A stretch of DNA of 64,000 nucleotides from an uncultured Thermotogae bacterium. Lineage in GTDB: Bacteria; Bipolaricaulota; Bipolaricaulia; UBA7950; UBA9294. The DNA lies in contig CAZKAB010000002.1 in NCBI GenBank assembly GCA_964550615.1, positions 15,731-79,730 of the forward strand, in the 5' to 3' direction. The notes under the pieces are model-generated. The model ran no database searches. It was not told the origin of the DNA and saw nothing but the letters and a program-made list of their open reading frames with translations. The translations under genes and the position numbers were made by a program. Shown in pieces: positions 37,834 through 48,396 of this stretch (the first letter of the stretch is position 1; every line of letters begins with the position of its first letter).

Positions 37834-39940
37834 GGACCTCACGAAACTCCTCGCGCCTCGCGGAGTGGCTGTGATTGGGGCCAGTCCCCGGCCCGGGTCC
37901 GTGGCCGGGGAAATCCTCCGAAACGTCGTTCGTTGCGGCTACACAGGGGCGGTATACCCGGTGAATCCGAAGTATGATGTGGTTGATGATCTCCAGTGCT
38001 ATCGATCGGTCAGCGACCTCCCCAGCGGGGTTGATCTTGCAGTCTTGGCGATAAACCGCGACCTGGTGCTTGATGCGGTAGAAGAGTGCGCACAGACTGG
38101 CATTCACAACCTTGTGATCATCACCGCCGGATTCAAAGAAAGCGGCGATGACGGAGTGAAGCGCGAGGAGCGGTTGGAGCGGCTTATCGAAGAGAAGGAA
38201 CTGAACGTAGTCGGCCCCAACTGCATGGGAATCATCAACAGTGACCCGGCTGTCTGTCTCAATGCCTCTTTTTCACGTTGGTTTCCGCATGATGGTGAGA
38301 TTGCGTTCGTCTCGCAGAGCGGCTCGTTGGGAGAAACGGTCCTCGAATTCTTTGCCGAGATGAATCTCGGTATCTCTCAGTTTGTCAATCTTGGCAATCG
38401 TGCCGGATTGTCGGAAAACGACTTTCTGGAGCATTTGGCGAACGACGATCACATTCGTCTTGTCTTCCTGTATCTGGAAAGCTTCGCCGATCCGTACTTG
38501 TTCCGGCGTCTTGTCGAGAGAGTGGGACGATCCAAACCGGTCGTGGTCCTCAAGTCCGGCCGTACGCAGGCGGGTGCGGCGGCAGTGGCATCGCACACGG
38601 GATCGCTGACTACATCAGACGCGATTGTCGATGCTTTCCTCACTCAAAGCGGGGCGATTCGCGTCTCGTCGATCAAGGAAGCACTCACCGTCCTCGGCGC
38701 TGTGAAATGGGGCGTCATTCCCGAAAGCAACAAGACGGTGATTCTCACCAACGCCGGCGGGGCGGGAATCATTGCCGCCGACGCGTGTGAGCGAGAACAG
38801 ATTGCCGTCCCCGCACTTGCTCCTGCAGTAACAGTAAAGCTTGCTTCCTTTCTCCCTCCGGAAGCAGGACTGGGCAATCCGATTGACATGATTGCCACTG
38901 CCAGTTCGGCCGACTACGAGCGAACGCTGCACGAGACGCTTCCAACGGTTGATGCTGCAATTGTCATCTTTCGTCCACCGCTCGTGTTCAAGGAGGCGAC
39001 AGAAGCGGTTGCGGACGGGATCGTGCGCGTTGCCGAGGAGAATCCGGGCAAGCCGATCCTCGTTTGCACGTTGAGTCGTAGTGCGGATTTGAGTGAGTTC
39101 CGCAACAGACTGGCAGCGGCGCGCGTTCCGGTTTACACGATGCCGGAAGCGGCGGTGGATGCGCTCGCATCGCTATGTTATGTGAGCAGACTACGGCGCG
39201 TGAAACGCGCACCCGATCGCCATTGTTCGGTTGATCGCGAGCAAGCGATGGCAATTGTCGACAAAGCGCGCGCCGCTGGTCGCGAAGCACTCACTTTTGC
39301 TGAAGGAGCGAAACTTCTCTCCTGTTACGGGATACCGGTTTGCTCGTTCTCCTATGTTGACGAAGAAAGTGCAATCGAGGCGTTTGCCGCGAAGGCTACA
39401 TATCCGCTTGTGGCCAAGGTGGACGCCCCAGATCTGTTCCACCGCTTCGAGCATGGCGCTGTGATCACCGGGATTAAAGACGTCGAAGGACTGCGCGCTG
39501 CGTTTCACAAGCTGAAGACGGTGATCGAGAACAAACGTCTCGCGAATGGGCGCATACTGCTGCAACCGATGCTCGACGGTCGCGAGTTGATACTGGGGAT
39601 GAACCGTGATCGCGCATTTGGCGCGGTGCTCATGTTTGGCATCGGGGGAACGTTCGTTGAGGCGTTGAAGGACGTGTCATTTGGGGTCTCACCCGTATCG
39701 GTGGAACACGCGCGGTCGATGATCCAATCAATACGCGCTTTCCCGCTCTTGCGAGAGTTCAGGGGGCAGCCGGCCGTCGACATATCCCGTCTGGCGACGA
39801 TCCTCCATCGCCTAGGGCGACTGAGCCTCGATATCCCGCAGATCGCCGAGATAGACCTCAACCCGTTCATGGCTGGGCAGGAGATGGCGGCAGTCGATGT
39901 CTTGATCAGACTGCAAGCGAATTCTCAGCATTCCGGATAG
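37826..39940 (+). CDS. Acetate/acyl--CoA ligase (ADP-forming), fused alpha-beta (NDP-forming acyl-CoA synthetase family)
   Basis: N-terminal CoA-binding domain (VAVIGAS…), succinyl-CoA-synthetase-like domains and a C-terminal ATP-grasp, about 700 aa. Confidence 0.8.
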   Translation: MPKDLTKLLAPRGVAVIGASPRPGSVAGEILRNVVRCGYTGAVYPVNPKYDVVDDLQCYRSVSDLPSGVDLAVLAINRDLVLDAVEECAQTGIHNLVIITAGFKESGDDGVKREERLERLIEEKELNVVGPNCMGIINSDPAVCLNASFSRWFPHDGEIAFVSQSGSLGETVLEFFAEMNLGISQFVNLGNRAGLSENDFLEHLANDDHIRLVFLYLESFADPYLFRRLVERVGRSKPVVVLKSGRTQAGAAAVASHTGSLTTSDAIVDAFLTQSGAIRVSSIKEALTVLGAVKWGVIPESNKTVILTNAGGAGIIAADACEREQIAVPALAPAVTVKLASFLPPEAGLGNPIDMIATASSADYERTLHETLPTVDAAIVIFRPPLVFKEATEAVADGIVRVAEENPGKPILVCTLSRSADLSEFRNRLAAARVPVYTMPEAAVDALASLCYVSRLRRVKRAPDRHCSVDREQAMAIVDKARAAGREALTFAEGAKLLSCYGIPVCSFSYVDEESAIEAFAAKATYPLVAKVDAPDLFHRFEHGAVITGIKDVEGLRAAFHKLKTVIENKRLANGRILLQPMLDGRELILGMNRDRAFGAVLMFGIGGTFVEALKDVSFGVSPVSVEHARSMIQSIRAFPLLREFRGQPAVDISRLATILHRLGRLSLDIPQIAEIDLNPFMAGQEMAAVDVLIRLQANSQHSG

Positions 39941-40321
39941 CGGAACGTTGGGAATAGGTTGAGAGGGAAGAGGGGAGCTCGGTTTCCCTCGCCCTACCGA
40001 TTCGAACGGTAGCCATCGAAAGGTACGGTCCAGCGCCGCCAAGGAGGTGAAACAGCGCGCCTTTTTTACCTTCCGCCTGGGTTGTAACCCCATAAGCGGC
40101 CGACACCTAGTCGCGGACTCGCCGACTTCTCAATCTACATCTTGCGGCGTAAGCTCCCCTTTGTTGTTTGGTGGTGACTGCCTTAGCCCTAGAAGGGATG
40201 AGACAATATTAAAAACGCTCCAACTGCGAGCGCTCATCATCATCACACATTTCCAACAGGCGGGGAGTATAACGAGCGTCTTCCGGGCTGTCAAGGGGAC
40301 AAAACGTCCTAATTAACCTGA

Positions 40322-41617
40322 TTATGGGTACAGGCGATTCAGTTGCCGAGCAAACGGTATCGTCTCCCGGATGTGCGACACGCCACATATCCAGGCGATT
40401 GTCCTTGCCACTCCGAGGCCGAATCCCGAGTGCGGGACAGAGCCGTACCGACGCAGGTCGAGATACCATTCGTACGGTTCTGTCGGGAGATTGTTCTCCT
40501 TCATCTGCAAGACGAGCTCTTCCAGGGTATCAACGCGTTGGCTCCCGCCAATCAACTCTCCGTACCCCTCGGGGCCAATGAGATCGGAGGCAAGCACGCG
40601 GCTTGGATCATTGGGATCCCGTTTCATGTAGAACGGCTTCATCTTCACAGGGAAGCGCTCAATGAAAACGGGCTTCTGAAAGTGATCGCCGAGCGTTGCC
40701 TCATGCGGGGCGCCAAAGTCGTCGCCGAACGATACGTCGTGGCCGGCGTCCTGCAACAGCGCGACCGCGTCGGCGTAGTCGATGCGTGGGAACGGGAGAG
40801 AGACTTCCTCTTTCAGCAATCCGGTGTCGCGATCAAGCTGCCCTAGTTCTACCCTGCGCTCACTGACAACAGCGTCAACGACATAGGCGATCATCTCCTC
40901 CTGCAATCGCATGTTGTCCTCGTGGTCGTAGTACGCCATCTCCCCTTCAGCCATCCAGAACTCGGTGAGATGCTTTCGCGTCTTCGACTTCTCGGCGCGG
41001 AAAACGGGCCCGATCCAGTATACCTTCCCCAGTGCCATTGCCGTTGCTTCGAGATAGAGCTGGCCGCTCTGGCCGAGGTAAGCCTTCTCGCCGAAATAGT
41101 CGACCTCGAACAGAGTAGTCGTTCCCTCAACCGATGTGCCGGTGAAGATGGGAGCCTCGGTGGCAACGAATCCTTTTTCGTGGAAGAAGTCCCGAAGTGC
41201 GCGGAACACGGCGTCGCGTACGCGAAGGATTGGGACCTGCCTGCCGGTGCGCATCCACAGATGGCGGTGGTCCATGAGGAAGCCGGGTGTGTGTTCGGTA
41301 AGCTCAATCGGGAAAGATTCGGTCGGTTCATGGACAACGGTGAGCTCGTCCACCTGCAACTCACATCCGCTAGGAGCGCGGCGATCCTCGCGGAGCGTAC
41401 CGGATACGATCACGGATGTTTCACGTTGAAGGCGATCGGCGGAAGCGAAGAGATCCGGTGACTCAGGTTCGGTGATGATCCCTTGAATCACGCCGGTTCC
41501 GTCTCGCAGTTGCAGGAACATGATCTTCCCGCTCGACCGCCTGTTGTACAACCACCCACGCAGGGTGATCGTCTCCCCTATGTGGCGCGGCGCCTCGTCG
41601 ATCGTGATCGCATGCAT
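40322..41617 (-). CDS. asnS: Asparagine--tRNA ligase (class IIb); archaeal-type AspRS not fully excluded
   Basis: 431 aa with an N-terminal OB-fold and class II motifs. The N-terminus (…RGWLYNRRSSGKIMFLQLRDGTG…) is AsnRS-like. AAGGAG RBS. Confidence 0.6.
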   Translation of the reverse strand: MHAITIDEAPRHIGETITLRGWLYNRRSSGKIMFLQLRDGTGVIQGIITEPESPDLFASADRLQRETSVIVSGTLREDRRAPSGCELQVDELTVVHEPTESFPIELTEHTPGFLMDHRHLWMRTGRQVPILRVRDAVFRALRDFFHEKGFVATEAPIFTGTSVEGTTTLFEVDYFGEKAYLGQSGQLYLEATAMALGKVYWIGPVFRAEKSKTRKHLTEFWMAEGEMAYYDHEDNMRLQEEMIAYVVDAVVSERRVELGQLDRDTGLLKEEVSLPFPRIDYADAVALLQDAGHDVSFGDDFGAPHEATLGDHFQKPVFIERFPVKMKPFYMKRDPNDPSRVLASDLIGPEGYGELIGGSQRVDTLEELVLQMKENNLPTEPYEWYLDLRRYGSVPHSGFGLGVARTIAWICGVSHIRETIPFARQLNRLYP

Positions 41618-41754
41618 TCTATCTCCTTCGCTTTTTTACTCGTTTCCTCCGGGGATGGCCGGACTTCGACAGCAGCGCCCGTTTTAGATGACTACCGCCG
41701 GGCCCATTGCCGTCTCGCGGTACCATCCGTGACTGAGAGGGTAGAAGTTGTCGC

Positions 41755-43197
41755 CTAGCTTTGCAAGGGAACTGCCTCTTCCAGTTCTTCTATGGGAATG
41801 GGCGGCTCTTTGATCACGCGATGTTTCCAATTTCCCGAGAAGAAGAACGCGATCGAGACTACGGACCCTCCCAAGTTGGAAATGAACATTGCCCACCACA
41901 CTCCATCGGCGCCCATGGTGAGCACGAACCCGAGAACGTAAACGAGCGGTATTCGGAGCGCCCACAACCGGAATAGCGAGAAGAACATTGAGTAGATGGT
42001 GTGTCCCGAGCCCTGATATGTACCGATTACAACCTGCAACACACCCATAAACGGGAATGCCATTGCCGTGATGGCGAACATCTGCGAGCCAAGCGCGATG
42101 ACTTCGTTGTCGGCGATGAACATGCGTACGAGCGATGCGCGCAAAGCGTAGACGATGATGCTGGCGGCGAGAAGAAACACCGTAGAAATACCCATTCCCG
42201 CCCAGGCCGACCGCTCCGCGCGACTCTTCTCATTGGCTCCCAGATTCTGGCCGACCATCGTTGCAGTTGCTTGTCCCAGTCCCATTGCCGGCATAAGAGC
42301 GATCGAGATGATACGGTTGCCGATCCCAAATGCGCTCACAACGGCGGTTCCAAACCGAGCCAGGATCCCGGTCATTATGGAAAAGCCGAGTGCTGTGCCC
42401 GACTGCCCGAACGACGCCGGTCCACCGATGACAAGTATGTGCTTCACGGTATCCCAGCGTAGGCGCAAGTGCCGGAAGCGGATGTGTATTCCCACTTTTC
42501 CTGAGCACAAGAGATAAAGGCCGATGATTGAGACCAGTCCGCGCGAGAAAACCGTCGCCACGGCAGCGCCCGAAACGCCCCAGGCGGGGAACGGTCCCCA
42601 GCCAAAGATCAGGAGAGGATCTAGGATGGTGTTCAGCGCCACCGACAGCCCCATGAGCTTCATCGGAGTGACTGTGTCTCCAACTCCGTTGAGTAGTGCG
42701 GTGACGACAAACATCCCGAACATGGCGGGGATACCGGCATATACAATACGGAGATACGATGACGCTGAATCGAGCAAATCGGGACCGGCGCCCATCGCGA
42801 TAATCAGGGGCCGCGCAGCGAAAAAACCCACGATGCCGAGCAAGACGGCAAGGATTCCTGTGAACGTAAACACCTGTCCAGCGGCATGGTTTGCCTCTTC
42901 GTGGCGATTTGCGCCCGTGTACTGAGCAACAAGCGCTGTTCCGGCGATCGTTACCCCGGCTCCGATCGAAATCATGAAGAATACAAGCGGCCAAGAAAGC
43001 GTGGGCGCGGCTATCGCCACCTTGCCGAGCCGACCAAGCCACAGCGTATCGACGAGGTTGTAGATTGTCTGGAAGAGATTAGATAACATCACCGGCCACG
43101 CCAGCAGCAACAGCGAGCGAGCGATCGGTCCGCGTATCAGATCCCTGTTTCTTGCGCGATTCAGTCCGTCAGTCATGGACGCCATTTTAACCGCCAC
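41755..43197 (-). CDS. MATE family efflux transporter
   Basis: 12 TM helices with a NorM-like pattern. Exact start uncertain among GTG 43197 and ATG 43185 or 43176. Confidence 0.8.
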   Translation of the reverse strand: MAVKMASMTDGLNRARNRDLIRGPIARSLLLLAWPVMLSNLFQTIYNLVDTLWLGRLGKVAIAAPTLSWPLVFFMISIGAGVTIAGTALVAQYTGANRHEEANHAAGQVFTFTGILAVLLGIVGFFAARPLIIAMGAGPDLLDSASSYLRIVYAGIPAMFGMFVVTALLNGVGDTVTPMKLMGLSVALNTILDPLLIFGWGPFPAWGVSGAAVATVFSRGLVSIIGLYLLCSGKVGIHIRFRHLRLRWDTVKHILVIGGPASFGQSGTALGFSIMTGILARFGTAVVSAFGIGNRIISIALMPAMGLGQATATMVGQNLGANEKSRAERSAWAGMGISTVFLLAASIIVYALRASLVRMFIADNEVIALGSQMFAITAMAFPFMGVLQVVIGTYQGSGHTIYSMFFSLFRLWALRIPLVYVLGFVLTMGADGVWWAMFISNLGGSVVSIAFFFSGNWKHRVIKEPPIPIEELEEAVPLQS

Positions 43198-43229
43198 GGC
43201 CGACGGCGTCCCGCGGCTGAAGTTGTTTT

Positions 43230-44402
43230 CTACGTATCTCCGGTACTGCTCGGATACTTGAGGCCGGTACCGGTATTGAATAGGACAACGGTCTCTTCGC
43301 GCGCGATCAGCCCTTTGGAGAGAAGCTGATTCAAGGCGGCGAAAGCCGCTCCTCCCTCAGGGCATGCAAAAATGCCTTCATTTCTCGTCATCTCGTACTG
43401 AGCAGCGATCAGAGCCTCGTCAGAAACGGCGATTGCGGTCCCGCTGCTCTCCCGCAGCGCCCTAAGAATAAGGAAGTCCCCGATTGCCTGCGGTACTCGC
43501 AGTCCGGCGGCAGCAGTGCGGGCACCTTCCCATGGTGCTGCGAATTCTTCTCCGCTGGAAAACGCACGCGGTATCGGCGCGCAGCCCTCTGCCTGTACGG
43601 AGATCATGCGCGGTCGCTTACCATCTACCCAACCGAGCGATTTCAACTCGGAAAATGCCTTCCACATGCCAATTAGGCCGGTACCGCCGCCGGTCGGGTA
43701 GATGACGACATCCGGCAAGTGCCACCCGAAGTTCTCGGCAAGCTCGTAGCCCATCGTCTTCTTGCCTTCCAGTCGATACGGCTCCTTGAGAGTGGATACG
43801 TCGAACCATCCATGTTCGAGCGCGCCGGCGTGCGCGCGTTTGCCACAGTCGGTGATCAGGCCGTCCACAAGTGTGACATCGGCGCCGTACGCCGCGCACT
43901 CCATTCTAAACGGCAGAGGGACATCCTTGGGCATGAATACGTGCGCCTTCATCCCTGCACGCGCCGCGTAGGCGGCCATCGCTCCGGCGGCGTTCCCGGC
44001 CGAAGGAATAACGACTTCTGTGACGCCGAGTTCCTTGGCACGGGAGATCGCCATCGTAAGCCCGCGTGCCTTGAATGAACCGGTCGGGTTAACGCCCTCG
44101 TCTTTGATGAACAGTCGCGGCATCCCGAGCGCCTGCCCGAGGCGGCGCGCATGGATGAGCGGCGTGAAACCTTCTCCCAGAGAGACAATATGCTCATCGC
44201 TCTCTACAGGAAGAAGTTCTCGGTAGCGCCACAACGTCGGAACACGTCCGGCGACGTCATCGCGGGAGACGCAGCTTGCCGCACGCGTGAGGTCGTAGCG
44301 GGCAATTAGCGGGCGGCCGCACTCCGGGCAAACGGTGTGCAGCATATCGGCCGGGTATTGCTTCCGGCAGAGCCCACATTCGAGATGCGTAAGGAACGTC
44401 AC
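43230..44402 (-). CDS. thrC: Threonine synthase
   Basis: PLP fold-type II with lysine motif NPTGSFKARG and an N-terminal zinc-ribbon CGLC…CPECG. GTG start at 44402 overlaps the upstream stop as GTGA, with an AAGGA RBS. The 56-aa ORF-track extension is rejected. Confidence 0.8.
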   Translation of the reverse strand: MTFLTHLECGLCRKQYPADMLHTVCPECGRPLIARYDLTRAASCVSRDDVAGRVPTLWRYRELLPVESDEHIVSLGEGFTPLIHARRLGQALGMPRLFIKDEGVNPTGSFKARGLTMAISRAKELGVTEVVIPSAGNAAGAMAAYAARAGMKAHVFMPKDVPLPFRMECAAYGADVTLVDGLITDCGKRAHAGALEHGWFDVSTLKEPYRLEGKKTMGYELAENFGWHLPDVVIYPTGGGTGLIGMWKAFSELKSLGWVDGKRPRMISVQAEGCAPIPRAFSSGEEFAAPWEGARTAAAGLRVPQAIGDFLILRALRESSGTAIAVSDEALIAAQYEMTRNEGIFACPEGGAAFAALNQLLSKGLIAREETVVLFNTGTGLKYPSSTGDT

Positions 44403-45376
44403 GCGCTGGTCCTTTGACCCTCCAGGGCCTCTCTTATCGCGGCAATAATGCCATTGGTATCGAGGCCGTAATAAGCGAGGAGTGCGTCTGCCGATCCCGA
44501 CTGGCCGAATCGATCGTGCATTCCTACGCGTACTACGCGGGTGGGAACGTTTTCGGAGAGGAGTTCGCACACGGCGCTTCCCAGGCCGCCGTTTATTTGG
44601 TGTTCCTCCGCAGTGATCACCAGGCCGGTCTTCTCTGCCGAGCGCACGAGCGTTTCGCCATCGAGCGGTTTGATCGTGGAAACGTTGACTACCTCCACTG
44701 AGATCCCGTCATTGGAGAGAGCTTCACGCGCCGCCAGCGCCGACGAAACAAGGACGCCGCATGCGAAGACCGAAATATCGCTTCCCTCCTCCAGTACGTG
44801 AGCTCGCCCAAGCTCGAATTGATAGTCTTCGTCCAGTATGACCGGGAACTTGGCGCGCGCCAGGCGCACATAGACCGGGCCATCGTCATACGCGGCGGCG
44901 AAGCGGGTAACCGCGGCTGCCTCTACGGCATCTGCGGGCACGATAACCGTCATGTTCGGGAGCACACGCATATTCGAGATGTCTTCGAGCATTTGATGGC
45001 TTGCCCCGTCCTCGCCGACCGTAAGGCCGGCATGGGTAGCTGCGATGCGCACGGGAATCTTGGGATAGGCGATGACCTGCCTAACCTGCTCCCATGCCTT
45101 GCCGGTGGCGAACATGGCGAAGGTCGACGCAAACGGGCGATAACCGCCCATCGCCAGCCCGGCGGCGATTCCCATCATGTCCGCCTCGGCAACTCCAATG
45201 TTGAAGAACCTGTCCGGGTGCGCCTCAGCGAACAGCCCGGTCTTAGTCGATCCGGCTAGATCTGCGGTGAGAACGACGATCCTATCATCCTCGCTCCCCA
45301 GCGAGACAAGCGTCTTTCCATAGGCGGTGCGCGTTTCCTCGAAACGGTCGAATGTCACTTCTTCATCTCCTCCCAA
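44399..45376 (-). CDS. Transketolase, C-terminal subunit (pyrimidine-binding plus C-terminal domains) of a split transketolase
   Basis: Matches the TktB-type subunit (…DLAGSTKT… …[17 protein letters not shown]…). No N-terminal TPP-binding subunit is encoded in this window. Confidence 0.75.
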   Translation of the reverse strand: MGGDEEVTFDRFEETRTAYGKTLVSLGSEDDRIVVLTADLAGSTKTGLFAEAHPDRFFNIGVAEADMMGIAAGLAMGGYRPFASTFAMFATGKAWEQVRQVIAYPKIPVRIAATHAGLTVGEDGASHQMLEDISNMRVLPNMTVIVPADAVEAAAVTRFAAAYDDGPVYVRLARAKFPVILDEDYQFELGRAHVLEEGSDISVFACGVLVSSALAAREALSNDGISVEVVNVSTIKPLDGETLVRSAEKTGLVITAEEHQINGGLGSAVCELLSENVPTRVVRVGMHDRFGQSGSADALLAYYGLDTNGIIAAIREALEGQRTSA

Positions 45377-45993
45377 TCTTTGAGGAATCGCTCGATCCCT
45401 ACATCGGTCAACGGATGACTAAACAGCTTCTTCAGAACGCCGTAAGGTACAGTGGCGATGTCGGCGCCGAGGAGGGCGGCATCGAGCACGTGCCGAGGGT
45501 GACGTACGCTCGCCACGATCACTTCAGTGCCCAAAACATACTCATCATAGATATCGAGAATCTGCGAAACGAGTTCCATCCCGTCGCCCGATACATCGTC
45601 GATCCTGCCTACGAACGGGGAGACGAAGCTTGCACCGCACTTGGCAGCCAATAGCGCCTGCGTCGCCGAGAATACCAGCGTGACGTTCGTGCGGATCCCG
45701 TCCGTTGACAGCCCCTGCACCGCCTTCATCCCTTCTTCGGTCATCGGAATCTTGACAACAACGTTGTCGTCGATCCTGGCAAGCGCACGTCCCTGCGCGA
45801 GCATCCCTTCGGCGTCCAATGCGGTCGCTTCCGCGCTCACTGGTCCGTCGACGATACCGCAGATCTCGGCGATTATCTCTTCAAACGGGCGCTTCTCGCG
45901 GGCGACGAGTGACGGATTGGTCGTCACGCCGTCGACGAGCCAAGCCATCTCGCGGATCTCGGAGACATTCGCTGTATCAATGAATAGTTTCAT
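45355..45993 (-). CDS. tal: Transaldolase (short type, Fsa/TalC-like)
   Basis: [15 protein letters not shown]… with the conserved Lys in VVVKIP, about 212 aa. Confidence 0.85.
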   Translation of the reverse strand: MKLFIDTANVSEIREMAWLVDGVTTNPSLVAREKRPFEEIIAEICGIVDGPVSAEATALDAEGMLAQGRALARIDDNVVVKIPMTEEGMKAVQGLSTDGIRTNVTLVFSATQALLAAKCGASFVSPFVGRIDDVSGDGMELVSQILDIYDEYVLGTEVIVASVRHPRHVLDAALLGADIATVPYGVLKKLFSHPLTDVGIERFLKDWEEMKK

Positions 45994-46002
45994 CGCTCCT
46001 CC

Positions 46003-46866
46003 TTATTCGTGACGCAGAGCTCTTACCTGCTTCAAGTTTATCTGGTCGGCATCTGCATGACTATCAATCTCTTTCGGGGTCTCCAGAATGAACGGCAGGT
46101 GGCGCAAGGATGGGTGATTTACCACACGTGAAATGCCCTCGACACCAATGTCGCCGCGGCCGATGTGTTCGTGGCGATCGCGCCTTGAGCCGAGCGGGAA
46201 TTTGGAGTCGTTTAAGTGAATCAATTCGAGGTGATCGATTCCAACTTCCCGTTCGAACTCGGAGAGTGTGTCAGCGATTGCGTCATCGGTCCGCAATTCG
46301 TAACCGGCGGAAAACGCGTGGCACGTGTCGAGGCAGATCCCGATGCGGTTGGCGTCGGCAAGGTCTGCGAGAATCTTCCCCAATTCGAAAAATGTTGTGC
46401 CCATCGTCGTTCCCGCTCCGGCCGTGTTTTCCAGCAATAGGCGGATGTTTGGATAACGTGCGAATTCATCAGCGTCGATTGCCATGTCGAGGGCGGCGAC
46501 GATGCGATCGATTCCCGCCTCGATTCCGGTCTCCTTATGCGCCCCAAGGTGGGTGACGATGTGGTCGATTCCAAGGAGACCGGCGCGTCGGATCTCCTCG
46601 ATGAGCGACGCCACCGAACGTTCGAACAGCTCGTCATCCGGGCTCGCGAGGTTGAGAAGATACATTGTGTGGATAACAACATATTCGACCTCAGATGAGG
46701 CAAACTGGGAGCGAAACGCGGCGGCGGCGTCTTCATCGACGGGCTTCATGCGCCACGAGGAAGCGTTGTGCGAGAAGATCTGCATTGCGTTTATGCCAAG
46801 TGATTCCGCTTCGACAAGCGCCTTTGAAAACCCCTTTCCGATCGATAGATGACATCCGAGAAGCAT
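46003..46866 (-). CDS. nfo: Deoxyribonuclease IV (endonuclease IV, AP endonuclease family 2)
   Basis: TIM-barrel AP-endonuclease motifs (…VIHTMYLLNLAS… …CLDTCHAFSAGY… …HLNDSK…). Start at the MLLGCHLSIGKG ATG. Confidence 0.85.
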   Translation of the reverse strand: MLLGCHLSIGKGFSKALVEAESLGINAMQIFSHNASSWRMKPVDEDAAAAFRSQFASSEVEYVVIHTMYLLNLASPDDELFERSVASLIEEIRRAGLLGIDHIVTHLGAHKETGIEAGIDRIVAALDMAIDADEFARYPNIRLLLENTAGAGTTMGTTFFELGKILADLADANRIGICLDTCHAFSAGYELRTDDAIADTLSEFEREVGIDHLELIHLNDSKFPLGSRRDRHEHIGRGDIGVEGISRVVNHPSLRHLPFILETPKEIDSHADADQINLKQVRALRHE

Positions 46867-47135
46867 CTCTCCCTCCCCGGGCAATCATACTCCACCCGGA
46901 CGGCGCGGGCGACCGATCCCAGTATTGCGCCGAAGCGTGACTAGCTTGCGAAAACTTCACCTTACACTAACCGGACTGATACTTGAGGCCTGCGGAAGCG
47001 AGATTGTCTGGGATGGATCTCAGGTATCAATGGCATGGCCAAAACATGTACCAAAGGACGATGTGGTTTCTGGGTACACTCGCATTGGCTGGTTGATATA
47101 CAACGTGGCGCAGATACGTCGCTTTGTCTGGCTTT

Positions 47136-48185
47136 CTACATGCTGCTTGCCACTGCGCTTGCGGCGTCGACCAGGCCGGCGCCGAATCTGGCGGAGTCGC
47201 CGATCTGGTCGCTAGTACTTTCGAGGAGAGCGATCGCTTGTGTGCTCGATATCCCGGGATGAGAGGAGAGAATAAGGGCGAGCGTGCCGGTGACGTGCGG
47301 TGCCGCAAACGATGTCCCGGAGCTTGTGCCTGCATAACCGCCGGGGAAGATAGACGTGACTTTCTCTCCGGGAGCGGCGACGGCTACATCGGCGCCGTAG
47401 TTGCTGAAACCCGCCAAGTGGTCACTTTGATCGGTAGCGGATACGGCAAGGACGGACGAGTACCTTCCCGGATAGCTCACTTGCGATTTTCCATCGTTTC
47501 CCGCAATCCCCACCACGATCACTCCCTGCCGGGCGGCTCGTTTCAGCGCCTGCTCAAAAACGAGTGGCGGCTTGCCGTTGGCGTAGATACTCATGTTGAT
47601 TATGTCGGCGCCGTTGTCGACCGCGTATTCGATCGCCTCTACGAACTTGTCCCAATCCGATCCGTAGAACAGGTTCTTGGAATCGAGGAGGCGTAGGTCC
47701 ATGATTCGCACTCCGGGGGCGACGCCGGCAGCCTTGTCTTCGCCTGGCTGCGCGGCGATGATCCCGGCGACGAACGTGCCGTGCCAGTGGAGCTTCGATC
47801 CGGTGAGCGAGCTGGCGTCGTTGTCACGGAAGTCCCAGCCGTGCATATCGTCGACATACCCGTTGTGATCGTCATCGATTCCATTTCCCGCTATTTCCCC
47901 GTTGTTGGTCCAAATCTCTCCCTGCAGCTGAGGCGCGCTCGTGTCGATTCCGGAGTCGATGACTGCTACAACCACGTCATTCGAGCCGGTCGTGCATGTC
48001 CACGCCTGCGGTGCCTGAATCCGTTCGATCCCCCAGGAAAGCGAATTGGCGTCGACTGTGCCGACCGATCCGGTTCCCCCGGCGCCGCCGGCAACGGTCG
48101 GTCCCTGCGAACCGTAAAGCGAGATGAAAAGCGCTAACAAGGCGCCGGTTATTGCGATGTATTTTAAGGTTCTCTTGTTCTTCAT
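47136..48185 (-). CDS. S8 family serine peptidase (subtilisin-like), secreted
   Basis: Signal peptide. Catalytic triad motifs DSGID, HGTFVAG and GTSFAAPHV. Confidence 0.85.
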   Translation of the reverse strand: MKNKRTLKYIAITGALLALFISLYGSQGPTVAGGAGGTGSVGTVDANSLSWGIERIQAPQAWTCTTGSNDVVVAVIDSGIDTSAPQLQGEIWTNNGEIAGNGIDDDHNGYVDDMHGWDFRDNDASSLTGSKLHWHGTFVAGIIAAQPGEDKAAGVAPGVRIMDLRLLDSKNLFYGSDWDKFVEAIEYAVDNGADIINMSIYANGKPPLVFEQALKRAARQGVIVVGIAGNDGKSQVSYPGRYSSVLAVSATDQSDHLAGFSNYGADVAVAAPGEKVTSIFPGGYAGTSSGTSFAAPHVTGTLALILSSHPGISSTQAIALLESTSDQIGDSARFGAGLVDAASAVASSM

Positions 48186-48396
48186 ATTCGGCGGCCCGGC
48201 TGCCCTCTGGGGGTCCGTGGCTTTGCGTCGCCTCCTTACGAAGGGTTTGCCTTTTCGGATGGATGCTATCCCTTTATGGTGTTAAGTATCTTTATCCATC
48301 ATTATAAATTATACCTCTGAACGCCTGCTGCTAGACATTGGTGTTGCCCGTTAACAAGCGCCGGGATAATCTTTTGCGATGAGGTGATGGACGGAC

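Noticed and set aside
39941-40321. RNase P RNA, SRP RNA or tmRNA in the long convergent intergenic region
   Set aside because: None of the universally conserved motifs are present (RNase P GGAAAGUCCGG/ACAGAACCCGGCUUA, the SRP domain IV motif, tmRNA features). It is kept only as a generic possible sRNA.
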